Shown: positions 34,849 through 49,310 of the stretch, in pieces
How the letters are laid out: every line of letters begins with the position of its first letter
How positions within the stretch are numbered: the first letter of the stretch is position 1
Assembly (NCBI RefSeq): GCF_009914755.1
Contig: NC_060940.1
Length of the DNA: 64,000 bases
DNA from: the human T2T-CHM13v2.0 reference genome, Homo sapiens
Direction: 5' to 3' (one strand)
The notes under the pieces: generated by a model
Databases searched by the model: none
The model's input: only the letters and a program-made list of their open reading frames with translations
What the model was told of the DNA's origin: nothing
Made by a program: the position numbers and the translations under genes

Positions 34849-37800
34849 TAGCTAATTTTTTGTATTTCTAGTAGAGACGGGGTTTCACTGTTAGCCAGGA
34901 TGGTCTCGATCTCCTGACCTCATGATGCGCCCGCCTCAGCTTCCCAAAGTACTGGGATTACAGGCATAAGCCACCGTGCCCGGCTATCCTTTGTTTTAAT
35001 GGTGCAATTTGAAGTTCAGCTCAACAGCCATACTGGAGTCCTCTGAAGTCTGGTACCCCAAGAGCATGAGGCTTGGTATCCAGGCCCATCACAGACCAGG
35101 AAGGGCCTGGTGGATTTCTCCCCACTGAGTGGGGTGGGCGGCTTCTTGCTGTTGGAAAACCCTGATGCCTGTGCCGTTCTGAGAATCATATCGCAGCTCT
35201 GGTAGCAACCGTGCTTCCAAAGTCATCCTCTAAGGCCACGTGAAGGTGCCAGCCTCATTTTAATCACAAGCTGTATTTTATGAAGTTGTTTGTTTGGGTG
35301 TGGTGGAGCTGGGAACCATGCCAAACCCCGAGAGCTTCCTGGAAATGACAGTTCTCATAGGAAAAGCAGCTCTTTTCTATTTAAAACCTCTGTGGCGAGG
35401 GGAGGGGATCAGGCCCTGATTTGGTTCCCAAGCTACGTGTTTGTATTTTTCTCGGTGTTTGAATATATCAGCTGGCATGTGTCTCATCCCTCAGACACGT
35501 CTCCAATGATTTCACTTTTAATGGGCTTTGGCATTTAAAACACATGCGAATTGAGCTTTTTGCTAATTGAGAAGATATGGAATGGAGAAATAGCCAATTA
35601 GGTATTGTGCTGCTTGTCTGACTTTTAAAACAGTTTCTCCCACTTCAGTGAAAGGTAGTCAAAGGGCCTCTCTCCAAGGAGACTTTTAGTTAGCTCTGAA
35701 AGAGTTTTATTTTAGCTTGGTCTTGTAGATTCAGGCAGAAAGTGGGGCTCCCGTTCTCCCAGGTGTCAGACGAGGACCAGGTTAAAAGGAGAGCAGGATG
35801 GGCTCAGGTTCCCACTTGGGGCATAACTGCATTGTCTGTTAGAACAAATGAAGGCAGAGCAGGTGGTCGCCAGCCAGTTTGCGAGTCCGTGCCCAGCAGG
35901 TGCCAGCCCGCGTGCCCTGTGCCAAAGCGCTTTTCTCTTGTAGCCCGCGGGCCTGGGCGCCCACAGCACAACCTGCTCCCTGATGATTGGGCTCTTTGCC
36001 GTCGGCTCTGCTGCTTCTGTGACTGTCGCTGCTCTAGGCTGTTGCCAAGGCAGGCTCAATTTTGCCCGGAGTGGGGAGGGGAGGTGCCGAAGAGTCTTAA
36101 TTACCACTCAGCCACCTTGCCCAACTGCATTTGAAGCTGTTCCTTGACTTTTTCTTTAAGACAGGGTCTTGCTCTGATGCCCAGGCTTGAGTGCGGTGAG
36201 ATCATAGCTCACTGCAGCCTCAAACTCTTGCCCTCAAGTGATCCTCCAGCCTCAGCCTCCTGAGTAGCTGGGACAATAGGTGTGTGCTACCATGCTCAGC
36301 TAATTTTTTTTTTCTTTTCACTAAAAGACTTTAAATTCTCACTTGGGAAAGGACAGTAAGAAGGGGTAAATCAGTTGGCATAGCAGCTCGCAGGCGCCAT
36401 GTGAATTATCTGTGGAACGTTGGATGGATAGACGGTTGATAAGTTGGTTTTAGCCACCGAGAGTAGTTGAGAAAAGCAGGAAGAAATGTGTTTTGGTGTA
36501 AGCCCAATCAAGCCATTCTTAATCCCTGCATACAACTGCATAGCCAAAGTTGGCTCATGGCACTGGCAAGTCAGCCCTTTCTGAGTGCGATTCCTGATAA
36601 GATGCGACCCTGAGTGTGTGGCCTGGAGAGGGCTGTGAGTACGAGCACAGGCTCTGGAGTCAGAGAGCTGGAGCTCGGACTCCCCTCTGCATTGTGAGGA
36701 CCCATCTGTGGTCCTTGGGCAAGTTCCTAACCTTTCAGAGCCTCAGGTGCCTCATCTGCAGAATGGGAGCATATTCATTTCCTGTTGCCACCATAACCCG
36801 TTGCCACAAACTTGGCATCTTAAAGCAGTACCCATTTTTGATCTCACTGTTTGGTAGGTGAGAAGTCAGTGCTAGCTGGGGCCGGCGTCTCTGTTCTGGG
36901 TTTCACAAGGCCAGAATCAAGGTCTTGCTGGCTGGGCTCTTATCAGGAGGCACTGGAAAGAATCTACTTCCTTGTTCCTTCAGGGTATTTGCAGATTGCA
37001 TTTCCGTGTGATCATGGACTGAGATCCTGTGTCTGTTGGCCAGGTGTCCTTCTCAGCTTCTAGAAGCTGTCTGTGTTTCTCAGCTCATGGCCACCACTGG
37101 TGGCCCAGGTTCTCCTCATGCCTTGAATCTCTGGCTTCCCTTCTTCCTCCTCTTTCCTGTTTTTCTCTTCCACTGCTTGTCTCTGATTCTGGTCGGAGAA
37201 ATGCTTCTGCTTTTAAGGGCTCCAGTGATTCGAGGGCCCACTCAGGTCATCTAAGATATGCTCCCTACCTTAATTCCATCTGCAGTCTCTCCACAGCAGC
37301 ACCGGGATTCATGTTTGAATAACGGGAAGGAATGCTGGGGGACACCTCTAGAATTCTATCATGGGCGGTTAGGAGTGTACCTGCCACGGAGCTGTCATGA
37401 AGGTTAAATCACGCGAGTTGTATAAAGCACAGAGCAGAATCCCTGGCACACTCTTAAGGGCTCTTACACGCATTCACTGTCAGGGAGCAGACATGAGACT
37501 CTTGGCAGCACTGATGTTGTGCAGATGTGGGATCTGCCGTGGCCCCATGGGCTTCCTGAACAGCAGGTACCCACCTGTTGATGTGGCTTTTCCAGGGGCC
37601 TTCGTTTACCTTGGGGAAGTTGTATCCTCTCTCCTGGGCCTGGTGTTGCATTCTGGAGATTTATTTTCCCTTTTGTCTTTATCACTCAAAGCTGGAGTTC
37701 AGGTTCGGTCTGCCGTGACACTGTGGTTAGACTTTTTTTGGCAAGATACCTCTCACATCAGATGATTGAGCAAGAAAGGAAAGATCTGATGTCAGCGTGT

Positions 37801-38303
37801 AAAGGCTGGATATGGGCACCAAGGATTGGGGAGCTCAGTTCGGGAGATGTGTTTTGGTCTTTATTACCGGCAGCCCAGGGGCAGGAATACTGACTGCAGC
37901 TTTGGGTAGTTTGAGGACACATCTGAAAGAGGTGAGCTGAAGCCTTTCAGTTTTCAGCTGTACTTGCATTAAAGCAAGGCTTGTCCCTGCTGGGGTACCC
38001 TTCATTCCTCGACCTCACTGACTGGTGAGTTTCTTCCATTTCATGAGTAATGACCATCTGTGGGCACAGAGCTTCGTCATCTTACTGAATCCCCGCCCTT
38101 TGCAGGGGTGACCTTACTGTCACTTACAGATGAAGCAGCTGGGACTTTGGGAGGTTCAGCAGCTTGCCCTACAGCAAATACATGGCAGAGCTGGCACTGG
38201 AACTCAGGCATGACCTACCCCAGAGTCAGCACTGTCCACAGCATCTCTGCGGGGCACGGCCTGAGCCCCAGTGCAAGGCAGTAACCTCCCTTTTCTGTTT
38301 CAG

Positions 38304-38450
38304 GCCCTGAAGCGCCAGAGCTCGTTGGGCCTTTCCTTCTTTAACAGCATCTTGGCCCATGGGGACCTACGCAACAACAAGCTCAACCAGCTCTCCGTCA
38401 ACCTGTGGCACCTGGCACAGAGGCACGGCTGTGCAGACACCAGGACCATG
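38304..38450 (+). CDS. VPS35L: VPS35L penultimate coding exon: [49 protein letters not shown]
   Basis: ttttctgtttcag acceptor, gtgagg donor at 38451. 147 nt, phase 0/0; seen in ORF 38271..38480. Confidence 0.95.
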
Positions 38451-38592
38451 GTGAGGCGCTCGGAGGGCCCCGTGGTATAAGCCCACTGGCCAGTGCACAA
38501 CCACCCTCAACACAGCATTGTGGCCTGGACATCAGACAGACAACCCCATACTCCCCTTTTAGAAAAGCACTTGGTCCATTTCTACTGGATCA

Positions 38593-38981
<389 letters not shown>

Positions 38982-39179
38982 TCACGTCCAAATCTGATTT
39001 TTAGGGCAAGCTGCAATCCAAGAAGTTGAAGACTTTGATTTCTTCCCTCCTCTCATCCCTCAAAAAACTCACTCTTCTCTGCTAAGAAATCTAAGCTCAC
39101 ATAATGGCTGATTCATTAGAGCCTTGGGCTCCAAGGATAATGAACCAGAAAGGAGATGGATCTTTCTTTTTCCTCATAG

Positions 39180-39278
39180 GTGAAAACGCTAGAATACATC
39201 AAGAAGCAAAGCAAACAACCAGACATGACTCATCTGACGGAGCTGGCCCTCAGACTCCCTCTGCAAACAAGGACCTGA
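39180..39278 (+). CDS. VPS35L: VPS35L terminal coding exon: [32 protein letters not shown]
   Basis: ctttttcctcatag acceptor; 32 codons then TGA at 39276-39278. Confidence 0.93.
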
Positions 39279-39905
39279 CCCCCGGGCCCATCCCCAGGCT
39301 CAGGGACTCTGGTGCCAAATCCAGAAAGATCTGCTCTGCTGCCCTGAACTCTTACGGCAATTTAGGTTTCTCATTTTTCTTTTCTTTTTACATATGTACA
39401 AATTGTTTTAAGCTTTGGCCTCTATCCAGGTTATTCTGACAATGAAGAAATGGGAGTTGTCAGAGCATTAAAATGCAATCTTCACTAAGAAGCAGTCTCT
39501 GTGTTGTCTTTGCACAAGTGGCCTTCGGTCTACTCAGCCCGATCTGATGGGCCTTTTTAGCAAGAGAGAAACAAGAATGCAAGTAACATCTTTCTTCTCT
39601 GGAAGGTGTTTGTTTTTTCATAGTTTAGAAATAAGGACTTTAAAAGTGGACTGCTTTTCAAAGTGCCACTGTTCCAGACCCATTCCATTCCAGACTTTGT
39701 ACCTTAAAGTTAGAGCACACCCAAAGTCTGGAACTGTGTTACCTGAACCCCTATGGAGGATTTATAAAAGGCAGAAATAGCACTCCATTAACTCTTTTTC
39801 CTATCAAAAGCAGCTCTTGATTGGACTTAGAATCTGTGTTGGTGGATCAAAGGAGAAAGCGAGGTCAAATTTGAGATTCTCTGTGGCTTCAGTATACAGT
39901 AACTG

Positions 39906-39911
39906 AATAAA
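39906..39911 (+). terminator. VPS35L: VPS35L polyadenylation signal AATAAA (3' UTR about 39279-39930)
   Basis: Canonical hexamer about 630 nt after the stop, followed by U/GU-rich sequence (tttatgttcatgactgttcattt). Confidence 0.8.
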
Positions 39912-40359
39912 TGTCCTGAAGGAGCATTTATGTTCATGACTGTTCATTTAATTACTTCTGACTGTCTTCCTCCAGAAGAGAAAGACCGTGTCTAAATATA
40001 TTATCCTGGTTTGTTTTGCAGCCACAATTCTAAACAGCATGTGATTCTGTCTGCTTTTCTTCCAACAGTTTGGTGGAACCTGATTCTTCTATTACGGCTG
40101 GTGAGCTTGCACCGACATTTCATTTTGAATCAGTAAAAACATTCATACTGATGGGTGATTCATCATCTCAGCCACTGCCATTATGAAAATGCATCCACAC
40201 TGTGGATTAAAAATGCCCCAAACTATTGTGCTTCTACAAGATCCACACTGGAACTGGACATAGATTACATTTCATCTTTACTCTGAGAAATACAAGACTA
40301 CAGTTGAACACTCAGTTAACCTCAGACAGTAAAAGGGGCTAAAAAATTTTTTTAAATCA

Positions 40360-40647
<288 letters not shown>

Positions 40648-40767
40648 TCATCTCAAAAAAAATTAAAGGACAGCAGACACTAATGAATGCTTCTTTCCCT
40701 CCCCTCTACTAAATCATACAGAAACTCAGACAGCATTGTGGGGTGGCTCAGATACTCCCAAGTGGCC

Positions 40768-40773
40768 TTTATT
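40768..40773 (-). terminator. KNOP1: KNOP1 candidate distal polyadenylation signal AATAAA (about 5 kb 3' UTR)
   Basis: tttatt on +; downstream on - is tgctgtctgagtttctgtatgattt (GU-rich). Confidence 0.5.
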
Positions 40774-40806
40774 TCACAAAATTCTGTTTTTTTTTCTTTT
40801 TTTTGA

Positions 40807-41064
<258 letters not shown>

Positions 41065-41690
41065 TAAGCCACCGCACCTGGCCCACAGAAGTATTTTCAT
41101 TAAAATTATTTTATCTACTTTTACTGTGTGATGCTATAAAATGAAAAACAATTGGCAAATTCACAAATTATGTTCTTCAAGTCATTTCTTCTCCTCTGAG
41201 GCTGAACGTGGTGGGCAGCATTAGTTCCCAAGCCTAGGCCAGTGAATTCTTACCGCTCTCACATTACACCTGAACTTGGACTTTCACATGAGGTCGGGCA
41301 CCCATTATATCAAAGGTGCTTCTGAATCCTGTCATGTGGCCCAGGCAGAGGCTTAGATTTTATATGTCCTTGTGTGTGCAGTTTCCCCCAGCCCTTTACT
41401 GAATCAATAAGCCGGTCTCTGAAAACACTGGTCTATGTGAGATGAAGTCTATCATTAGCAAGGATGGAGCAATAAGATGTCAGCCAGAATTGTAGAAAAT
41501 AAAAATGATGGGGCCTGGGTGCGGTGGCTCATGCCTGTAATACCAACACTTTGGGAGGCTGAGGTAGGTGGATCATGAGGCCAAGAGATCAAGACCATCC
41601 TGGCCAACATGGTGAAACTCCATCTCTACTAAAAATACAAAAAAAAATTAGCTGGGTGTGGTGGTGCTCACCTGTAATCCCAGCTTCTCA

Positions 41691-42330
<640 letters not shown>

Positions 42331-45179
42331 AACTTCTTTTGTGAGGACTGTGTCTATTTGGCAAATTTTTTTTTTTTTTTGGAATGGGGTCTTGCTCTGT
42401 CACCCAGGCTGGAACACAGTGGTGCAATCATGGCTCACTGCAGCCGTGATGGAGGGTGGTGCTCAAACCAATGTTAATTTACAAAGGATGGGAGCTCAGA
42501 GTGATTCTCCCAAGACAAGACTGCCAGAGGGTGGGGTCCTGCTCATCTGAGAGATGGTGATCTGCACTGGCAGAAAGCAAAAGGACAAGATTAAGTCCAT
42601 TCTGAAGACACCCAGCATTGTGGTGTCTTGGCTGCCCAACCTCCACTGGTGAGACGTAAAGTTCTTATGTATATAGAAAAGCAATAAAGCTCCCCCTGTG
42701 CAAATGGAACTCCTAAGCCAGTGGTGATGTTGAGTTAGAAAGTCACAGCCTATTACAGACAGAATTTACACCAGGGGCAAGGCCTGACCATCACACCCTC
42801 ATGAGAGCTACCAGTCACCAGGGCTTGGATGGGAGCAACACAGCGGACATATGATCACCTCTCCACAATCACCCAAAGACAGTTTTTTTTTGTTTGTTTT
42901 TGAGACAGAGTCTCATTCTGTTGCCCGGGGCTAGAGTGTGCAGTGGCACCATCCCAGCTCACTACAACCTCCACCTCCCGGGTTCAAGCGATTCTCCTGT
43001 CAGCCTCCTGAGTAGCCGGGATTACAAGCCCGTGACACCACACCCACCCAGCTAATTTTTGTATTTTTAGTAGAGACGGGGTTTCACCATGTTGGTCAGG
43101 CTGGTCTCGAACTCTTGACCTCGTGATCCGCCCACCTTGGCCTCCCAAAGTGCTGGGATTACAGGCGTGAGTCACCGCACCTGGCAGAGCACAACCTTTT
43201 TAACAGAGCTAAGGCAGGCCAACGTCAGGGTGACCTCTTGGCAAGATAAAAACTATGAGTAGTAAACGGCCGATTCCAGCTACTCAGGAGACTGAGGCAC
43301 AAGAATCGCTTGAACCCAGGAAGCAGAGGTTACAATGAGCCGAGATCACGCCACCACACTCCAGCCTGCGCGACCGTGAGACTCCATCTCAAAAAAAAAG
43401 AAACGAACGGCTGGTTCCTGTTTACACCAGGCACATTCCTGTAGTGTTGCTCAAGGTCAGGAGGGATTTGTTTCTCCATCAAAGGAGGAGGTGCCCAGAA
43501 GGCACTCACTCAAATCCAGAACACTGCCTCTTGGGCTTTCCACGGCCTCTCCCATTATGTATCTCAAGGTTGAATCCAGGAAAGAAAGGCAGGACAAGTT
43601 CACGTCCTGAGGGAAGTGGCCCAAGTAGGTCCTTGTAGCACATACTTGTCCAACTATTGACCTGGCCAATGCTTGCGGATCAGGGTTCAGAGCCAGGGAA
43701 ACTGCCTGAAGTGCCTGCCTCACCTCTGCCCAATGGGCAGCTGTGGACACCATGGCCACTTCACCAGCATCCACTCTTCTTGACTGAAGGGAATCACCAG
43801 CCTTCCCATGACAGGGGCGGGTGCAGCTATGGGCAGATGACTCATTGCCCAGCAATGGAGGCTTCTGGAAGTTTCCTTGAGACACAAAAAGGCTTTTCTT
43901 CCTCTGGAATGTTCTAGGGTCTTGATATGCTGCCTGGAACTGTTACTGCCATCTTTGTACTAGCCTTGATGAAGCCAACACTGGGGATGATGGAGAGAAT
44001 GCTTCCTTGGCGAGCTGTTGAACCAGGCCCTAATCAGGCCTTCCTGCCACGTGAGACTGAACTTTCTGGCCATCGAGGCCTGCCTGGGCTGGGATGTCTG
44101 TAGGAGGCATGTTCAGGCCAAACGATCGTGAAAATGTCCCAGTCAGAACCTGTATTTTGGGATGCAAAAAGCTAGGTGAGTGGAAAGAAGGTGGTCACAG
44201 ATGGTCACATGCGACTTGGGCCACTGGACCTGGAGCTCTTTGAGGCTTGCTGTAGAGTCCAGGCTTGGAAACGCTGTCCCCACAGCCGATGAGGCAACTT
44301 CCCGTGTCATCTCCACACGTTCATCTCCTCCTGGCATTCAATATCCACCTACAGAAGTCACCTGGGATTCTCTTCCTTGTGATAAAAAAGAATCTCATCA
44401 GACACATCCCTGGGGCTGGGCACAGTGGCTCACACCTGTGATCCCAGCTCTTGGGGGCTGAGGCAGGAGCATGAGTTGAGTCCAGGAGTTTGGGACTAGC
44501 CTGGACAATATAGTGAGACCCCATCTCTACAAAAAATTTTAAACACTAGCTGGTTGTTGTGGTGCACACCCACAGTCCCAGCTACTTGGGAGGCTGAGGT
44601 GGGAGGATCACTTAAGCTGGATAGGTAGTGGTTGCAACAAGCCGTGATATGCCACTACACTCCAGCCTGGGTGACAGAGTGAGAGCCTATCTCAAAACAC
44701 ACACACACGTCCCTGGGATCTGCCATTGATTCATTTGCGGGACTAACCACTCTTCCTAAAATGCCTTGTTCAGAATCCAGTCAAAGCACAAAAATCCTAC
44801 CTCAGCACTTAGGGCCGAAGGGACACCAGTGGAAAAGGCAGGACTGGTTTAGAGGCACATTTCCCAGCAGCAGCAGCTCAGTCACATGTGTTTGGTAACA
44901 ACTCAGACACCTCTCTGCCTACAGCTGCTCTATGACAGGGGAAAGGAAAAGGAAGGAAAAGGAGCTTGCGATTCTCCGTTCCTCATTCACTCCACTTTTT
45001 ATCAGAGATGCAGACTTGTCATAAAACTTTTTCCTCCATCTAAAGACATTTCAATCCCCAACGAGGATTCTGGTGGAAATTCCCTAAAGGGGACATTCAG
45101 AGTGGCGAATAGTGAACTTAGGGCTTCGGGTACAAAAGTACAACACCCTGCACTTAGTGGCTGGGTGACCCCAGGCAAT

Positions 45180-45185
45180 TTTATT
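45180..45185 (-). terminator. KNOP1: KNOP1 proximal polyadenylation signal AATAAA
   Basis: tttatt on + about 530 nt past the stop; downstream on - is GU/U-rich (gtgttgtacttttgt). Confidence 0.65.
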
Positions 45186-45534
45186 ACTTTATCCCTGAAC
45201 CTCAGTTGCCTCATCTATAAGATGGGGCTAATAATAGCACCCATTTCATAATTATGAAGATTAAATACATTAAGGAAAACACTAGTATGTCCCTAGTACC
45301 TGCTAAACACTCAACAAAAGTTAACTGTACATACTGATGTCTCAAACAGGGACGGAATGTTTAACACAGAAAACAGGAGGTTTTAGCACTCACTCGTTCT
45401 CCTGGCTCCCGAAATATGAGCTGCCCTGCCCCAGTTCATCCAAGCCCATCAATATAGTTGTCCTCGTCCTTAATCTCCACAGGTGTTCAATGTGAGCCAA
45501 CTGTCAGATGGCTTTCATTTGCACAACTGAATAA

Positions 45535-45664
45535 ACCATTTATGCCTAGTGTTCCATTACTGGAACGCTAAGCTTATGGGAGTTATTTATATCTTACTGC
45601 TCGAGGTCCTCACCAAGATCTGATTTTTTCACAAAAAAAATTTGTAAACTCCAGCATAAATGGA
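45535..45664. mobile_element. MER85 piggyBac (PGBD3-derived) MITE in the KNOP1 3' UTR
   Basis: TIRs (a)CCATTTATGC / GCATAAATGG(a), internal palindrome GTTCCATTACTGGAAC at 45551-45566, 130 bp, ATAA on both flanks. Confidence 0.85.
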
Positions 45665-45711
45665 ATAATCAAAGCAATTGTGGCAGTTTTGGGGGGACAA
45701 AACTCTAGAGT

Positions 45712-46023
45712 TTAATCTTCCAGCTTGACTGACTTGGAAGCGTTCCTGTCAATGTAAAAGATCTTGTTGGGGGCGGTGGAGAAGCCGAGGCCGGCTCCCC
45801 GGCTGTACTTCCAGCTCATGGCCCGGTCGTAGTCCCGCTGCAGATTCTGCTGCAGGCTGTCAGCCGCCTTCTTGCCGAGGGCCATGTTGGGCCTTGCAAT
45901 CGTGCTGGCGGGGCGGCTGAACGAAGGGGACAGGTTTTTGAAGCCACCCATAAGTCTGAGAAATTTCAGTTTTTGGTCCTCGTTCTCAAAACCAGCAGTA
46001 TCCCACTGGCCAAACTGGGTTCC
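45712..46023 (-). CDS. KNOP1: KNOP1 last coding exon: GTQFGQWDTAGFENEDQKLKFLRLMGG...GAGLGFSTAPNKIFYIDRNASKSVKLED* (small-acidic-protein-like, SMAP, C-terminal domain)
   Basis: ctctcctcacag acceptor; TAA at 45712-45714. The four exons give 306+23+26+103 = 458 aa. The W...F...KFLRLMG...GLG motif is typical of the SMAP family. Confidence 0.93.
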   Translation of the reverse strand, partial: GTQFGQWDTAGFENEDQKLKFLRLMGGFKNLSPSFSRPASTIARPNMALGKKAADSLQQNLQRDYDRAMSWKYSRGAGLGFSTAPNKIFYIDRNASKSVKLED

Positions 46024-46384
46024 CTGTGAGGAGAGGAAAAAGGTGGCTATTTTCCTTGAGTTCAAAGCCCTTTCCTTCCCTTGACCCCCACCCTCATCAG
46101 GGAGGGCCCAGCAGATTAGATGGCTGCTGTGTACCAGGCACAGTGCTAATAAGCTCAACAACGGATTATTCCGTTAATCCTAAAGACAGCCCTATGAGAA
46201 ACACTGTTGTTATTCCCATTGCACAGAGGAGAAAATAGAGGTCTGCAGCTTAGCTGGAGACAGAAACCTAACTAGTGACCCCCAGAATTCCAGCCCAGGT
46301 CCAGCCAACACCACTGCCCACCTCTGCACAGAGCTGCCTTTCTGCCTTCCTCCTCCTTTCCTAACTCATGGCACACGGCACAGT

Positions 46385-46870
46385 GTGCCTCACTTCACAA
46401 CAGCGCACTCCCCCCACCACCCTACACTAAGCATTTCCCCCCACCTCCCTACACAGTGCACCTCCCCTCCCCCACCTCCCTACACAGCACACTCCCCCAC
46501 CACTCTACAGAGCACACTCCCCCCACGACCCTACACAGAGCACTCCCCCCACCTCCCTACACGGCGCACATGGCGCACCTCCTCCCACCACGCTACACAG
46601 CACACTCTCCCCCTACCACCCTACAAAGCGCACCTCCCCTAACCACGCTACACAGTGCACTCCCCCCACCACCCTACACATCGCACTCCCCCCACCTCCC
46701 TACACAGCACACTCCCCCACCTCCCTACATAGCACTTCCCCCACTCCCTATACAGCGCACCTCCCCCCACCTCCCTACACAGCGCACCTCACCCCACCAT
46801 GCATCTCACAAGACAGCACACCTCCCCCACCTCCCCACAGGGCGCACCTCCCCTGCAACACAGGGCACCC
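46385..46870. repeat. Degenerate C/A-rich minisatellite (about 27-bp unit, cacctccctacacagcacactcccccc) in the last intron of KNOP1
   Basis: More than 15 imperfect units; G-rich on the transcribed (-) strand. Confidence 0.9.
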
Positions 46871-49310
46871 CACAGCCCAGCAGCCGGGCGCACTCACCCA
46901 GCAGCCTAACGTTTGGGTGAATTGGAGGGTGGGAGAGGGCGAGTGGGAATCTGAAGTGTGCTTCTCAGAAGCACTGTTTTATGGCGGGAACGGGTGCGGG
47001 CCCACAGGGGTAAAAGGTCACACAGCCAAGTCAGACTGAGCCAAGCCCAAGAACTCGGGGGTCCCCATTCCAGCCAGAGTGCGCTACCACCCATGTGCAA
47101 GAAAATGCAGGAGAGCCCTCCAGACCCCCTTCTCCCAGGTCGGTGGGAGAGGAAAGAAACTCACCTCCCAAGAAGACTGTGACTCGGAAGTCAGGCAGCC
47201 CCGGGAGGAAGCCTCCCCTGGGTGACCCTGCTCAAGTCCCCTAACCTCTCTAAGCCTTGGTGCCCTCATCTCTAAGGTGGGGTGATAACATCCCCCTCAC
47301 AGGGCTTCAGTGAGACATACGTCAGATTTGACACCAAAAGCCCAGTGCACGATGCATGGCACACCTCAAGCCCTCAGTGACTGGCCACTCCTCTCCCCCT
47401 ACCCCAACCAGACTGCTGACATCGACGCTGCCTGGGAACTTCCCGCCCACAAGCCAGAGGCCAGCCCAGCACTTATTTCTGGGTTGGCTTTGGGAAAATA
47501 AGAACCAGTTGTCACTACAGCTGCCCTGAGTGAACCGGTGACACATTCTCCCAGCTTCATGGTGGCCCAGATGCAGGAATAATGACAGCTCCCCTGCCCT
47601 GCAGTTTCTAGAGTGAGAGGCCATCTATGACCACCCCACATGGGTTTTGGGGAGAGCAGGAGACTGCTAGCTGGTCCTGCGTGAACCAGCACTTCCAACG
47701 GCTGCTGCCCACCCAGAGGACCACTTCACCACGTCTCAGTGGCATGGCATGTCCCAGCCCCTGTGCCCCAGGATCACTCTCCTGCCGTCAGGTCCTTCCA
47801 GGGACAGCCCCCCGGGACATCGGCTCCGAATCACACTGCCTTTTTTCTTGCCCTCCCTATTCAAGCTGGATGTCCCATCAGCTCGGCTCAGCTCAGCAGG
47901 GTGGCATGGAGAGAAAGGGCACCCCAAGGCAGGACCCATAACAAAGCCCCACTCCATACCCCACCAGGCCAGGGTACGAGTCCCATTTTACAGGCTCAGG
48001 GGAAGGTACCTGGCCAGAGTCCCACCACTAGACAGTGGCAGAGCCAGTAGTGAAATCAGATCTTTTGATCCGAATCGACTGTTCTTTTCTGAATGCTCTG
48101 ACGGAGCCTGAAGGCCAGCATCGCTGGTCACCCAGACCTTTCTTCTCGTCTCCCCAAAATCCAATCTATGAACAAGTCCTGCCAGCTGTGCCTCCAAAGT
48201 AAATCACAAAGCTGTTTTCTCTCTCTATCCTCTGCCACCATCCTCAGGCTGCGGCCTGCAGGCTGAGCCTTCTACCAGGTCTTCCCGCTTGCCGAGTCAA
48301 TGCCCTCCAGCCAATCCCACTTAGCCAGATCCCAGGCCAGCTCTCTATCATGGCCGCTGAGGCCGAGGCCTGTGGCCTGTAGCCCTCTCGTCCCTCATTC
48401 CAGCCGCAGTGCCGCCTCACTGGCCTTCCCTACAGATCACTCCAGGCCCTTTCCTACCTTAGGGGTCTGCACCGGCCACTGGCCTCACTGAAACGCTCTT
48501 CCCCCTGTCTCCTGAGGGCTGGGGCCTCTGCACCCTGAACATCTCTGGACAAGCGCTGCCACCTCCCAGCCCTCGCCCATCTGTTGCAGCCCCTCTCCAG
48601 CTCACTGTTCTGTTTCTTTCTCCTGACCGCTACTGCCACCTCAACTGATCTTCCTTTCCTTGTTTGCTAACCATTTCCCTGCCATGCTCACCCCGCTCTG
48701 GCCTCTAGACCGTGAGCGCGATGATGGGGATCACATGGGCTTCATCTGCTCCATGTCCAGCACCCAGCACAGAGCCCCCACTGAACTCCGCCAGGGCCCC
48801 AGCCTGACAACCTCACACTCTCCAGCCTCATGATCCTCGCACCCTCCTCCCTCCTGAGAGATCTTCTCAGGCCCGGCTTGGACATTTCCCAGTCAGACTG
48901 GATCTGAAAACCAGGCCTGAGAGGGGCCGCGACCACTCCCTCCCCTCTGCCTCTTGTCCCTGTTCCTAGCAGCCCTCCAAAGGCATCGTCCACCACTGGC
49001 AAGAGCTCGCTGGAATGTGTCCTCAGTGATTAATCCTTAGGACACCCCACCAGTCCAGGGCTGAGACAAAGGTTCAGGCAGCTTATCTCACCGGGCCAGC
49101 TCTCTAGGAGGGAGGCAAGCGCCCTTTTCAGAAGGAAGGAAATTAGCTCAGGACAAATTCTGCTGTGGAGGGAGCCTGCTGCAGGCTAGGGCTGCCTCTG
49201 GGGCCTGGACATACTTGGTTCTCCTGCTCCACTCCTCATGCTGGAGGCGAGGGGAAGCGTCGGGAGGCCGAGCGTGCCACCTCCTCGCAGAGCCCTAGCC
49301 CCAAACTTAC

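Noticed and set aside
46385-46920. P/T/H-rich ORFs of 85 and 154 aa resembling extensin or mucin
   Set aside because: Translations of a C/A-rich minisatellite that rarely forms stop codons.
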